Shown here piece after piece: positions 10,501 through 23,000 of a DNA stretch of 64,000 nucleotides. The number at the start of each line of letters is the position of its first letter. The first letter of the stretch is position 1. Position numbers and translations under genes: made by a program. Origin of the DNA: a virus. Lineage: Duplodnaviria; Caudoviricetes. Location of the stretch: positions 1 through 64,000 of the IMG/VR virus record IMGVR_UViG_3300027278_000012. One strand, 5' to 3'. Below the pieces are notes generated by a model. That model ran no database searches, was not told the origin of the DNA, and worked only from the letters and a program-made list of their open reading frames with translations.

Positions 10501-11421
10501 TATGTTAAACCAGATAGTGCATTTGGAGAACAAACAGCAAGTGCTAGAATAGCTCAAGCTAAACAACAAACTCCTCCTGCTGATAGAGTAGAGATAGCAG
10601 ATGTATACGAACCTGAAGCAACAACAACTACAGAAGAAACTACTAAAACAAATTGGTGGGACACAGCATCAACTGCATTTAATGCAATACTTCCTAGTAT
10701 TAGACCAAGTGATGCAGAAGGATTAGATACAGCTCAGTTATATCCAGAGATGTTTGCTATGGCTACTAACCAAGTGGCTCCTGTACAAGCACAAACATTC
10801 CAACCTGATTTAGGAGTTCCTTATGATATATCATATCAAGATCAGTTGAATGCTAATCAAGCAGACTATAGAGCAGCACAAAGAATGATGGGTTATAACC
10901 CAGCAGCTCAAGCTAATCTAAATGCACAGAAGTATCAGGCTAACCAATCTGTATTAGCTGATCAGTTCAGAGCTAACCAAGCAATGAAAGATAAAGTGTA
11001 TGGTGAGAATAGAAACATGCTTAATCAAGCTAAACTTACTAACCTTGGTATCTTTGATAAGCAATACGAAAGACAAACAGAAGCATTAGCTAATACAAAA
11101 GCTACAACACAAGCTGCTTTGAATTCTATATCTGATAAGTATGCTAAGAATAAATTAGAGAACAGAGAGTTGAAAACATATGAGAATATGTACAACTATA
11201 GATTTGGTCCTAACTTCAGAGCACAGAACATGAATCCTTTAGCACAGTTTGATACAGATTATAAAGGAGCTTCAGCAGAAGAACTCGATGCTATGTCAGC
11301 TTATAAAAAAGCATTAGCTAAAAGAGAAGCTGCTGAAGAAAAGAAAAAGAAACCTTCATTAGCTGGAGAAAGTATTGCCAAAAGAAATGGTTCTATCGTA
11401 AAATCTTACAAGAATATATAA
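7540..11421 (+). CDS. Virion cargo/ejection protein with an internal M15-family (Zn DD/LD-peptidase-like) domain at about 9790-10060
   Basis: SGIRT...SRHSTGEAMD...GHLHIG matches M15/hedgehog-type Zn ligands. Also contains Gly-rich hydrophobic segments, a GKSHEE...GIG...VEVERGE block and many xxxGG motifs. Confidence 0.65.
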   Translation: MKAQILKIAGVKSEKEFYKKFPSEEAFMKKHGKEFKKAQTGAAINASQVRQPAFKPLSYQDQVDDVDKMLTGSTAAQRQELALKQQAASKDSGSGGGFDIAGLMKLAGGAMQGGEGMEGIGDLGGAASGAGAGVAAAARYGADIPMAQDGDWYSKNPIGGSTSYGQVQPVSGLKSAGSTNPLATGGTGGFDVSKLGPQGVGSKAEDNTWSKVGGALGKYAGPVGDVISGIGELKKEKEARKAAEQARDVSKISLQAATSVDVDARRQQSENIAKQREAQMPVNTGEEFFPIYGVGTNVLARNGMMLQGGGEIQNTYDPYDIYEDSGYEPLNDSNVKQYYHGGRLHKMQDGGGTPWGAIGQKATGIGQSLMGGQNAGGKIGGTIGSSIGNAIVPGLGGAIGGFVGGLAGNALDTNAKRMKKAQDATQRNMQGMANANMAKGIQAQNQSYMEDGGWVSNDWTPQVIASFGGLDEQEVYDYAHEGMDTLRAGGHLRDYTPPSDRAMEIYEDGGEIQSYGLGGELQTHWGGGAETISRNPYLPGTGETIMFRGKSHEEYSPNGETGIGVTYGGNPVEVERGEPMVELEEGGTIDPETGEVQKSGVVFGNLQIPNQYIDMLGDKNAKGKKFKNYVADLSKIEEKQNTIIDKSSKELNALDPVNSFDKLKLTALQANIQGANMKLKDLADKKINAASLQNAINDTAEEHGLVADDLARGKAKVDKKALRDYAEYGKQMFADGGSIIDPLEQLKELLGNKGFDYKQSSGIRTGSKTKQGKASRHSTGEAMDLTFPKLGKDSYNAMLQDPEIAQFMLDNNLTAIDEYDDDIRKQTGGSGGHLHIGLDKGTAVADRFRNQAQALYGAKTPATTTDNTTSAATTTTEITKPPKMTTAEAISKGFKYNPTTKQYEKTVKGVQATDTATNEGTALEKIPAGQKRGTSGLYGKVTQEAFDTAKKENPWFDWTGFDPSKKADVLRYQNAFNTKAKEIGSKAYVKPDSAFGEQTASARIAQAKQQTPPADRVEIADVYEPEATTTTEETTKTNWWDTASTAFNAILPSIRPSDAEGLDTAQLYPEMFAMATNQVAPVQAQTFQPDLGVPYDISYQDQLNANQADYRAAQRMMGYNPAAQANLNAQKYQANQSVLADQFRANQAMKDKVYGENRNMLNQAKLTNLGIFDKQYERQTEALANTKATTQAALNSISDKYAKNKLENRELKTYENMYNYRFGPNFRAQNMNPLAQFDTDYKGASAEELDAMSAYKKALAKREAAEEKKKKPSLAGESIAKRNGSIVKSYKNI

Positions 11422-11462
11422 TTAAACTCATTATAAAACATTACTACAAAATGTTATTAAAT

Positions 11463-11493
11463 TTTGATAGTATAATAATTTAAATTAAATTTG
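11463..11493 (+). promoter_or_regulatory. Bacteroidota housekeeping-sigma promoter (-33 TTTG, -7 TAAATTTG)
   Basis: TTTG at 11463-11466, a 19-nt spacer, then TAAATTTG at 11486-11493, 37 nt upstream of the ATG at 11531. Confidence 0.75.
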
Positions 11494-11530
11494 CTAATCT
11501 ACATATTTATATGTATTAAAATAACAGACT

Positions 11531-14059
11531 ATGGCTTCATGGGCAGATAAAATACCAACTTTCAATCCTTACGTACAACAACTTCCTGTAGATGCTATGG
11601 TGAAGGTTGGTATGGCTAAACAAGCTCAGTATGAGGAAGGGGTACAAAAGATACAAACAAGTATTGACAATGTTGCAGGACTTGATGTTGCTAATGATGT
11701 AGATAAAAAGTATTTACAATCTAAACTTAACTCATTAGGTAATAACTTAAAATTGGTAGCTGCTGGAGATTTTTCTAATTTCCAGTTAGTCAACTCTGTT
11801 TCTGGTATGGCTAAGCAAATTACCAAAGATCAGAACGTAATCAATGCTGTAAGTTCTACATCGTGGTTGAGAAAGCAACAAGCTGAAATGGAAAAAGCTA
11901 TTTCAGAAGGAAAATCTTCACAAGCTAATCAATGGGACTTTGGAGAAAAGGCAAATAGATATTTAAATTCTACTAAAGCTGGAGAAAAGTTTAATGGAAG
12001 ATACACTCAATATACAGATGTAAACAAAAAATGGTTAGAAGTTTTTAAAACTTTACATCCTAGTATAACAGAAGAGGATATGCCATATGTTAAAAATAAT
12101 GATGGCACTATAAATTATGGTAAGACAGCTGCAGCAATGACTGAAATAAGTAAAGAAACAGTATCTGAACAACAGATAGCAGATGCATTACGTTCTAGTT
12201 TAACTCCTGATGATCTAAATCAATTATCTATAAATGGTAGATACCAATTTCAAAGTGCTGGTCCAGAACAATTAAATCAATACTCTACAAAAAAATATGA
12301 AAGTGCAGTTAAAGGATATGATGGTTATATAAAACATTTTGAAGGTCTTGCTAACATGAGCAATGCTGATCCTGAAGTAAAGAAACAAGCATTAGCATCA
12401 ATTGATTATTATAAAAAAGCTAAAGAGAATGCTAAGATAGAATTATCAGAAGATCTTGAATTGTCAATTAGTAATCCCGATGAAGCTAAATCTAAAATTT
12501 ATAAGAATGGAGCCATAGAAGAATTTGCACATGCCTATTCTTGGGAAAGTAATAAATTAAAAATTTCAGAAAATCCTATATTAAGTGCTGAGTACAAAGA
12601 AAAGAATTATCGTTTAGACGTGGCTAAATATGATTTATCTGTTAAAGCTGAAAAATTTAACCAATGGAAAGATATAAAAACTTTAGAAAATTCAGATAGA
12701 GATTATGATTTAAAACTTAAAGAGTTAGTTCTCAAAACTACAGGAAGTCAAAGTGGTGCTGTTGTATATGGTGGTAAAGCTACAAATATAAAAGATCCAT
12801 TAACAGCTATGAATAATGATGCTGTAGAGTCTGACGCTGCTGCTAATTCTATTATATCTAAGTATGCAAAAGCAAACAATGTTAATTTTGATACAGCACA
12901 GAAAAGATTTGAAGCATACAGAAGAGGAGATAAAACTGCTATTGATAGTAGATGGCAAGGTGAAGCTCAAAACTGGAAAAAGAATACAACAGAATCTGAA
13001 AATATTTTAGAAGCAATTGCCTTAACTAAAAAAGAAGTATATAGTTCTGATGAAGCTAAAATAGCTAACGCTAAATTTAAAGCTGATGTTAATGCACTTC
13101 CTGCTTTAAAATATAATATTAATGGTAAAGTGTACTCTTTTACGAAAGAAGAATTAGTTGAGTACACAAAAAAAACTAAACCTATCACTGCAACTTATGG
13201 TTTAAATATTACTAATAAACCATTAACATTAAAAGAAAAAATTCTAGATAGTATTTCAAAAAATGATATTACAGCAGCAAATAATTTAAATAGATATCGT
13301 GTTGCTGTTGATAATAACTATAGAAATATTAAAAAATTAGATGATAGAGTTAATGAGATATTGTTAGATAGAAATGGATCATATGTTCCAGCTGTCTATA
13401 ATATGAATGTAACAAATAAAGAAGGTGCTACGTCTAGAGATAATATGGAAGGAATAGCTATGAATGCATTATTAAAATTTGGTACAACACTAGGAGGTCA
13501 AAAAGGAGGTGCAGAAACTTTAAGTGCTGACAAAGTTAATATAGCAAGAGGGTGGTTAGCTGGAGAAGGTAAAGATGATATACAGTATAAAAGACTTAAA
13601 CAAGGTAAAAAGCAATATATTGTAATGATTAAAGGTGCTGAAGAAATTGTTGTACCATTAACAAATGAAGAAATACCGTTTCTACCTAAAAATGAAAATG
13701 AACCTTCTCCTGTAGAAGCTGATGTAATATCATTACAAGAAAAATTTAACGGTACAACAAATTATAAACATATTCCTCATAAAGGATATTTTCAACCAGA
13801 AGATTTTACAAATGTTAAAAACTTAAATGTAACAGCTGATCTTGAATGGGATGAAAGTAATCATTCATTGAATTACATTAACTATAATATTAAACTTCCA
13901 TCAGGTTGGTATTACATGCAACTAGAAGGATATAAAATGAGTGCTGATGAAGCTGCAAAAGTTATACAAGGAAATACAGATAATCAGATAAAGCAACTGT
14001 TCTTAAATAATCCTAAAGTTGGTTCAAAGATTAAAAAAGAAATACTAAACCTTAAATAA
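11531..14059 (+). CDS. Putative ejection/internal virion protein preceding the virion RNAP
   Basis: 842-aa helical protein starting FNPYVQQLPVDAM, directly upstream of the giant RNAP gene. This position matches crAss-like gene order. Confidence 0.5.
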   Translation: MASWADKIPTFNPYVQQLPVDAMVKVGMAKQAQYEEGVQKIQTSIDNVAGLDVANDVDKKYLQSKLNSLGNNLKLVAAGDFSNFQLVNSVSGMAKQITKDQNVINAVSSTSWLRKQQAEMEKAISEGKSSQANQWDFGEKANRYLNSTKAGEKFNGRYTQYTDVNKKWLEVFKTLHPSITEEDMPYVKNNDGTINYGKTAAAMTEISKETVSEQQIADALRSSLTPDDLNQLSINGRYQFQSAGPEQLNQYSTKKYESAVKGYDGYIKHFEGLANMSNADPEVKKQALASIDYYKKAKENAKIELSEDLELSISNPDEAKSKIYKNGAIEEFAHAYSWESNKLKISENPILSAEYKEKNYRLDVAKYDLSVKAEKFNQWKDIKTLENSDRDYDLKLKELVLKTTGSQSGAVVYGGKATNIKDPLTAMNNDAVESDAAANSIISKYAKANNVNFDTAQKRFEAYRRGDKTAIDSRWQGEAQNWKKNTTESENILEAIALTKKEVYSSDEAKIANAKFKADVNALPALKYNINGKVYSFTKEELVEYTKKTKPITATYGLNITNKPLTLKEKILDSISKNDITAANNLNRYRVAVDNNYRNIKKLDDRVNEILLDRNGSYVPAVYNMNVTNKEGATSRDNMEGIAMNALLKFGTTLGGQKGGAETLSADKVNIARGWLAGEGKDDIQYKRLKQGKKQYIVMIKGAEEIVVPLTNEEIPFLPKNENEPSPVEADVISLQEKFNGTTNYKHIPHKGYFQPEDFTNVKNLNVTADLEWDESNHSLNYINYNIKLPSGWYYMQLEGYKMSADEAAKVIQGNTDNQIKQLFLNNPKVGSKIKKEILNLK

Positions 14060-14066
14060 TAAACCT

Positions 14067-17000
14067 ATGCCAGATTTTGATAAAAATCTTCAACCTATAA
14101 TTGAAAGTACAAAGTTTCCTGGATTTGATTTAAATGTACAAGAAGTAAGACCACAACCTATGCCAGATCTGTTATCAGGGTTTGGTGGAGGAACTTCTGA
14201 TCATACTGAAAAAGATATTTATGATATATTAGGACAAGCTCAAGCAAATTCTAGACAGAAAGGTAGAGGTGTTAGGGTTATGGATGCTCAATTAGTAGCT
14301 AATAAAAGATATGATTTCTTTAATCCTACTATAGAGAACTATGAAGACTTTGCATCTTATGGTCAATCTGGTTGGGAGAAAGCTAGGAATGGTGTACTTA
14401 AAGGAACTAATCTAGCAGGTACAACAGTACTTGGTGGGTTTGGTATGTTATATGGTATAGGTAAATCTTTGTTTGGTTCAGAACATAAACTATCTAGTAT
14501 ATGGGATAATGAGATTATGCAAGGGTTAGATAAATGGAATAACAAAGTTGATCAAGAGTATCTACCTAATTACTATTCTGAAAAAGAAACAAATGCAGAT
14601 TGGTATGATAGAGATAACTGGATGACTACTAATTTTCTATTTGATAAAGTTATTAAGAATGCTGGATTTGCTGTAGGAGCAGTATATTCTGGTAACATAG
14701 CTAATGGAGTGTTAGGTGCAGCTGGTGCTGTTATAGGAGAGTCAGCTATGGCTAGAGCTATAGCTATGGAATCTTCTCAAGTATTCAAAGCATTTGCTCC
14801 ATTATTAAAGAATACAGCAAGAGCTTTTTCTAAAGCTAAAAATATTGAAGCTTCGGAAGTATTAAAAAAAGGTATAACATCTATTGCAGATGTAGCAGAC
14901 CAATCTTCACAGATAGCAAAAATTGCTAAGATAACAAATCAATTTAATAATTTTAGTGATGCTGCAAGAAGAACAGCAATAGCTGCTTATTCATCAGGAG
15001 GTGAAGCTACATTTGAAGCATTACAAACTTCTAATGAGCATAGAACTAATTTAATTAATAATTATAAAAATACACATGGAGGAGTTGGTCCTACAGGAAA
15101 AGATTTATCAGATATTGATAATGAAGTTGCTGATGTAGGAAGAGCTTCTTTCTTAGGTAATATGGCTTTGTTATCTATAACAGAATATGTGCAGCTTCCT
15201 AAGTTATTAGGAAGTTCATACGCTGCTGAGAGACAAGCTTCAAATAGTTTATTAGGGAAAGCAGATGATGTTCTTCTTGACAAAGGGAAATATATAGCTA
15301 AAGAAGCTACAACTAAGTTTGGTAAATTATATAACAGAGCTGCAGGAGTAAGTAGATATGTTTTTGATCCTAAAGAAGGTGGTCAAGAATTAGGACAATA
15401 TGCTTTACAAGTAGGAACACAAAACTATTATAAAAAATCTAGAGAGACAGGTGCTGCAAATATGTGGACTGATGGATTTGTTTATGGATTTGTTGGAACA
15501 GATGAAAAAGGAGAAGATGTTGGAGCTTTAACTTCTAAAGCAGGTGCTGAAGGTGGTATAATAGGTGCATTTACTGGAGGAGTTATGCAAGCAAGATCAA
15601 CTTATGCTACAAAGAAACAAGCTAAAACAGGAACTGCTAACTTTTTAAATTTACTTAATGATGCACCAACATTTAGAGATGCATTTAAAGATAAATTAGA
15701 TTCAGCTAATAGAGGTATTAAACTTCAAGAACAACAACAAGATGCTGTACTTAGTGGTGATAAATTAGAAGCTATTGATTTAAGATCAGACATGGCTATA
15801 AACTATTTATCTGCTCGTATCAAGTATGGTAGAATGGATATGGTACAAGATGATATTGCTGACTTAAGACAATATAGTATAACAGAAGAAGGACTTGCAT
15901 CATTGAAAGAACAAGGACTTGCTAATATAAATGATACAAGAGAATCATATCAAAAAAGACTTGATAGTTTTGAAACTATGTCTAAGAACATAGAACAAAT
16001 ATACAAAGCAACTGACTTAATGTATAGTGGTGCTATACTAAAAGATGAAAAAGGTGATCCTGTAGTATCTCCTGATGGAAAACAATTAAGAAAATATTCT
16101 CCACATGTAATTGATAAAATGGTTTATTCAGCCAGTAAAATTACAGATTATGATCTTCGTATACCAGCAGTCAATGCATCACTTATAGCTGCTGGTGTTA
16201 ATACAATGGATGTATTACAAAGTATCATATTAAACAATAAACCTAGTAGGGAAGCTACAGATGCAGCATTAAAACAAATTAATGAACTTGACATACGCTC
16301 TGACTTGAAAGATCAACTTAAAGCAGATCTATCAGATGTTATTGAATTATCTTTACGTAGAAAACTATTCTTACAAGAGCATGCTGATATAACAAAGAAC
16401 CCATTAAATTATGAATACAATCCAGAATTTGAATTTGGTGAGTCTGAAGAACTAGATGTCAAAGTAGAGCAACAAGAAAAAGTTAAAGGGAAAAGAAAAC
16501 CTTTAATCACAGAGAAAGAGTTAGAAGTTAACAAAGAGTATTCATTAAAGGAACCTTTAAGAAAAGAAGGGTCTACATTACAGCTTGCTCCAAAGATCAC
16601 TGTGCTTTCTCAAACATTAGGTGGTGAGTTTGAGGTGAGACTTCCTAATGGTCAAATAAAGTTTCTTACACCAACAGAGTTTAAAGAATATAACATTTCA
16701 GATGAAGATAATACTTCTGAAGAAATGGGTGATATCTTAGATAAAGCTATTGACACTGTATTAGATAAAGAAGAATATGCTGATTACAAAGATCAATTAG
16801 AAATAGCTGGTGCTGAAAATGTCTTTAGTAAACGAGAATTTATAAATGATCTAGATGATCAAAAGTTAATTGATGCTATTGAGAAAGAGTTCAACGCTAA
16901 AACAAAAGATTTATTAGCACAAAGAGAAAAAGAAAGAATAGCAAAAGAAAAACTTGCTGCCACTAAAGAAACTCTTGATAAAGAATTAGAAAAGTTAGCA

Positions 17001-20000
17001 CCTACAGGAGGTTCTGTAGAAACTGTTAATATTGTTGCAGGAGAAATTATTGGTACTGAAGATAAAAGACCTGATGTTAGTATAGTTTTTTTAAAAACAA
17101 TTTCTCCTTCTGAAGAAGAAAAGAATAAAGAAACTAATAATATTCCTCATATAAAAAGAGCTAGAACGTTCTTGAATAATTTGAAATTCTTTAAGAATAG
17201 AAATAAAATAAAAGCAATTATTGTCACTCCTAATAATGCTGAAGCTTTAGGATTAAAAGGAATTGTACAACTATCAAACAACAAACTTGAATTCAATGAA
17301 GATGGTAGTGTAATAGATAATCTTACAAAAGAAGAAACTGATGTTGAAATGGGTTTCATGGCTCAAGTGTTTATTACACAAACAGCTGAAGGAGATTTCT
17401 TTGTTAATGAAAAAGGAGAGAAGTTAAGTAAAATAGGTCCAGGTAATCCTACTATACTTAATGATGTTGTATTTCAAACAATGACTTCTGCTAGTTTAAC
17501 TACAGAGGGAGGATATACAAAAATTAGAAAAGGTCAAGAGGAAAAAGCTGAAATAGCTTTAGAAGCATATAAGATATTTAGAGCTGATGTATTTGCTCAA
17601 GAAGGATATACACCTTATTCATTTTCTATATCAAGAGGTATACCAAATCAAATTGTAGTTAATGGTGTATATGAAGACAATCACATGTCTGATATACTTG
17701 GACCAAATGCAGAAAAAATAATAGCTGAACATAATGGATTGATTGAAGTTGTAACTACTGGACAAGTAGAAAACAATGCAGAACTATTATCTTTTAATGA
17801 AGGAACAGCATTAATTAGATTTGGTGATCTTTTAGATTTTGCAAACAACAAAGTCTTAACTAATAAACAAGCTCAGAATGTATTTGCTGTAATAGATGCA
17901 ATGGCTAAAGATTTAATTGCTAAATCTAGTACAGCTAAAGCAGGAAGACCAGACTATGGATATATTACATTCTTGAAAAATGTTCTGTATTTTAAATTTA
18001 AAGGAAACCCAACTACTCCTAGTCAAATAAGTCTTGATACTAAAACAATGGAGTTTAGAATTGGAGACAAATCTTTTGATTTATTTAAAATTGCTGACAA
18101 TAAACAAGCAATAACAAATGCTCTTCAAGATGCATTTATTAGTGTTAACAATAAAACATTAGCTGAAGGAACATCTAAAAAGTTTACAGAATATGTAACT
18201 GATAAAGATGGAAATTTAACAAAGGTTGTATGGACAAATTATCAATCATTTTTATTATCTGGTAAAAATCCTGATGGTTCTAAAAGATCTACAGGAGAAA
18301 CTCCTTTGATTACACATACAGCCAAGCCTACAGATAATTTAAATTCATACAAACAGAAGTATGCATTTATAACAGATACAGGTGTTCTTCCTTATGATAG
18401 AGTGCCAGTTAAAGAAGTTAAACCAGCTCCTGTTGCAACAACACCAGGTGTAAAAAAAATTGGTAAGTATGAAGTAAATAATGGTAAAGAAGAAACTCTT
18501 GAAGTTGGATCAGGTCCTGTATTATTTACAGCAACATTATCTCCAGAAGGAGTGATTGATGTGGATATGAAAGATAATGACACAATAGAGGCATTGTCTA
18601 CAAACCAAGGAAAACTTAATGAGTTTGAACAAAAACTTACAAGTGGTGCATCTAAAGAATACAAAGATGCATATGAAAAACTTTCAAATGAGGAACAAGT
18701 TAAATTATTTCTTTCTACAGCAATAAAACAAATGCTGGAAAAAGAATATGCAACACAATTAGAAGCTCCAGTAGTTGAAGAAGTGGTACAACCAATAGCT
18801 CCACCAGAAGTTGTAGCTCAACAAGATGTAGAAGCTAAGAAAGCTGATATAGAAAATAATGATTTTGTAATTAAAATAAAAAAGATAGGACAGAGCTATG
18901 CAGGAGGAAAACAGTTTGTTAATACAAAACAAACAGGAAAAGAATTTTTAGAACAGGTTAATTATGAAATGTATGGTGAAAAAGTTCAAGCAGAACATTT
19001 ATTATATTTTAAAGATAAATTTGATGGAGCATTATATGATTTAATTAATAGAGGATATAAAGAGCTTACTGGTAAAACTTTTGAAGAGTATGATGCAGAA
19101 CTAGCTGCTTTAGAAGGTGGTGAAGAAACAAATATAGGTAAAGAGATTACAGCTGTTGCACCTTTCAATAAAGGAACCATCACTGGTAAAATAATAAGTG
19201 TAACAGAAAACAAAGCTAAAAAAGGATTATATTCTATTACATTAGATAATGGAGAAAGAGTTTCAGGAAGTTTTGAAGATAATAAATTTACTTGGATACA
19301 GAATGAAGATACTCCATCAGAGAAACCATATGATCCTTCTAAGTTAAAAGGAAGAGATGATGCTCCTGAGTTTAGAATGGTGGGAGCAGCAGATGTTTCT
19401 GATAGAATGACTAACGCTGAGTTAGAAATATTCAAACAATGGCATGCAGAAAAAGTTCCTTTCATTCCTTTTGAAGTTCTTGAAAGAATGGTTAATGTGA
19501 ATGACACTGAAGAAGCTTGGGGTGTATTTGAAAATGGTGTAGCTAAGTTTGTAAGAGGTGGATTAAGAGGTACAGAGTATCATGAAATTGGTCATGGTAT
19601 ATGGACTATGTTATCTACTGAAGAACAAGAAGCTTTATTAAATGAATTTAGATCTAAACCTGGTACATTTACAGATAGACAAAGTGGTAAGAAGATTGAG
19701 CATATAGATGCTACAGATACTCAAGCTGAAGAAAGAATATGGGATGACTTCTCTGATTTTAGACTTGGTAAACTTCCTGCTAGATCATTAGGAGAAAGAG
19801 TTCGTAGATTATTTAAAATGGTTATGGACTTCTTCAAATCATTTGGAAGTAAACCATCATTAAAAGATGAATTATTTGAAGCAATTGAAGCTGGTAGATT
19901 TAAAGAAACAAAACTATCAAAGAGAGCCAAGACTATGGCTCCTAAATATAGAGCAATAGAAGGACTAACAGAAGAGCAAACTAACAACTATATCAATGAT

Positions 20001-23000
20001 ATGGTGGTTCAAGCTAGTCGTATTATTTTTAGAGAAGGAAACAAAGATGTTTTATTCAATCCTGAGAAACTCACAGGAAGTCAAGTATTTGATAAAGTGA
20101 GAGAGGATTATGAATCACGTGGAGCAATAACTGCATTAGGAGAAAAAAGATATAATGAACTTGTTAAAAGAACCATTGATTCAATAAGAACAAGAGGTAT
20201 ATCATTTAATGCAGAAGAAGTTGTATCTATAAATGATGAGAACGCTAATGGAAAAGAATATGCACAAGATACATTCTCTGTAGATTGGAAGAAACATTCT
20301 ACAGGAGCACTTAAGTTCTTACTATCTACACTAGCTGAAAGAAAAGCATTAAATCAAAATAATGTTCAAAAAGGAACACCATTAAAACCTGCAGAATTTA
20401 ACTTCTCTAAGGAAGGATATAAAGTATTAAACTTCAATAGAGTGTTTGCTACATTGTTAGATAGACTGCATGGTACAAATGATCCTGCTGAGTTCACTGA
20501 AAAATTCATACAACTTGCAAAAGAAGATTCAAACTATCTTCCTTTGTTTGTATCATTAGGTGGTAACCCAGTTACACATACATTTGATTTTGCTGATCCT
20601 AATAAATTTAAAGAATCAGATTGGAAACTATTTATACAGTTCTTTAATACATTTACAAGACAAAAACCTGATGCATTGATTCAATACATCTCTGAAGAAG
20701 GAGATGTATATACAGGATCTGCAAACATATTTACAACAGTTAAAGCAACAGTTGATAGTTGGGTAGATAACATGAAGGTTATTGGAAAAGGTCCAGGTGG
20801 ATTGATTAGTTATGATAAGGCTAATAAAGTTTATAAAATAGACACTACACTTAAAACAGGAATTAAATCTCTTCCTACCAAACAATATCAAGACATGTTA
20901 AGTTTCTTAGGTAAGATAGGTGTAGAGTTTCCTATTGGAACTTATCAAGCATTAACTAATAGAGAGATTATTGTAAAAGGAGAAACAACTACAGAGATAA
21001 AAGAATTTAATAAAGCTGTAGCTCAAATAAAAGCTTATTTAGGAAAGAATAATGAACTGATGACATTTGATGCTAAGAAATTAGACATTGGTGGTCCTCT
21101 TAGAACATTAGCTGGACTATATACTAGAGTGAACAATCCTAATCAAGACTCTACATATTTTGGTGTAGAGGGGCAACGTATTGGTTCATTCTCAGAAAAT
21201 AATGCTCCTTCTTATTTTGAAAATACATTCAATGAATCAAAAACATTAACTGAGCTTTTAGAAAAAATGCCTCAGTTAAATGATGTATATTCTAGAGGAA
21301 GTGAAATATTAAAACCAGGTGGTCTATTCTTCAATAAAGATGGAGAAAGAATAGCTACAATATCTGTAGGATATATTCAAGGAAGTAAGAATGAACTTAC
21401 AGGAAAAGATAAATCTACAGCTAAGTTAGCTAAAGGAGAAAGATTTGTGCAAGAGATGAATCAAAACATTAACGGTAACTATTATGTTCTTATTCCTGGA
21501 GATAGTTCAACAGAATGGATGATGAACTTAGGTAATGTCATATCTATGGATGATGTTATGTCAGGAGATCATTGGGGTAAAGTGTATAGTATTTATAGTA
21601 ACTATTTAACTGATGATATTAATTTAGCATTAGAGAATAGAAAACAAAATATATATCAAAGAGCCAGGTCTCAAGAACTTAGAATCATGAGAGATATTCT
21701 TCCTCAGAATATTGTTGAGGACATTGAAGAAATGATTGAAAATATTAATTTAAATTTTGAAGATTATACTTATGATGATATACAAGATTATATTTCTGCT
21801 AACAAAAAAGAAATAGATGCTTCTGTAAAATCTTTTATAGAAGGAACATCAGAAGGAACATTTGATACATTAATTAACTCCAATCAAATAAGAATGGTGG
21901 GAGAAAATAAATATAGTCTTGATAAATTTGATACAGAGTTTTTGAAAAAGTATAATTTAAATGGACAAGTTTCACTTGATGAAGTGATGAATCTTATAAA
22001 CTTCACTAACATTAATTATGCAATAAACAATCAAGAATATCACAAAATACTGTTTGGAGATCCTTATCAATTCAAAACTGAGAAAGGAAAACTAGATGAA
22101 ACAAAACGTATCAAATCATTTCTTTCAGGAAGAAGAAGAACATTTGATCATCCAGATTATAATAACTTCTTAAAGACAACATATAATAATGTAGATGGTG
22201 TTGAGTTAGATGATAAGACACCAGGATATCATGAGTACAAAGAATACGCTAACACTATTACATTTGATGATGTAGAGATTGTTGGTAGCACTGTAAATAT
22301 AAATACTGATTATGCTAAAGTTAATGAGACAGATGCAATGTCTTGGTTAATGGATGCTACGCACAAAGAGATTGCACTTAAAGAAGGACAATGGAGTGAT
22401 GAAGCTGAAGCTTTTCATCAATGGCACATGGCTTATACAAGAAGAGCATTTGATAAAAAAGGAATTAAAGCATATACAAGTGAACAATTAAAAGCAAAAG
22501 ATGCTAAATTGTTAGAATCTCCTATACCTAAGCACAAACTTGCTGTAAGAAAACCTATCATCTCTGGTAATAAAAACAATAAAACAGAATTAGATATTGT
22601 ATTAGATAAGACATCACAGATGCCTCTTTACTATCACATGGTTGAGGATACTAGTTTAGGAACAATATATGAGCAAATGTTTGATCAAAACATTGGTTAT
22701 GGTATTGTTATATCTGGTAGAAAGGTAGGGTCTGAAGGAAATCATAATATATATGTAGATGGTAAAGTTAATACAGCTAAGTTTGAAAACATAGTAGAGG
22801 TTCCTTGGAAGATATATGGTACACAAGTAGAAACTATGTCTGAAGGAGAAAAGACACAAACTAGAGGTTCTCAACCTACAAAGGTGGCTACTATGGATCT
22901 TTATGAAAATGGAGAACCAATTGGTGATACTCCTGAAAGAAAAGAGGTTATTAGAAAAGCTGTTAAAAGACATGATGGTACTTTAGACATGCTTAATGAA

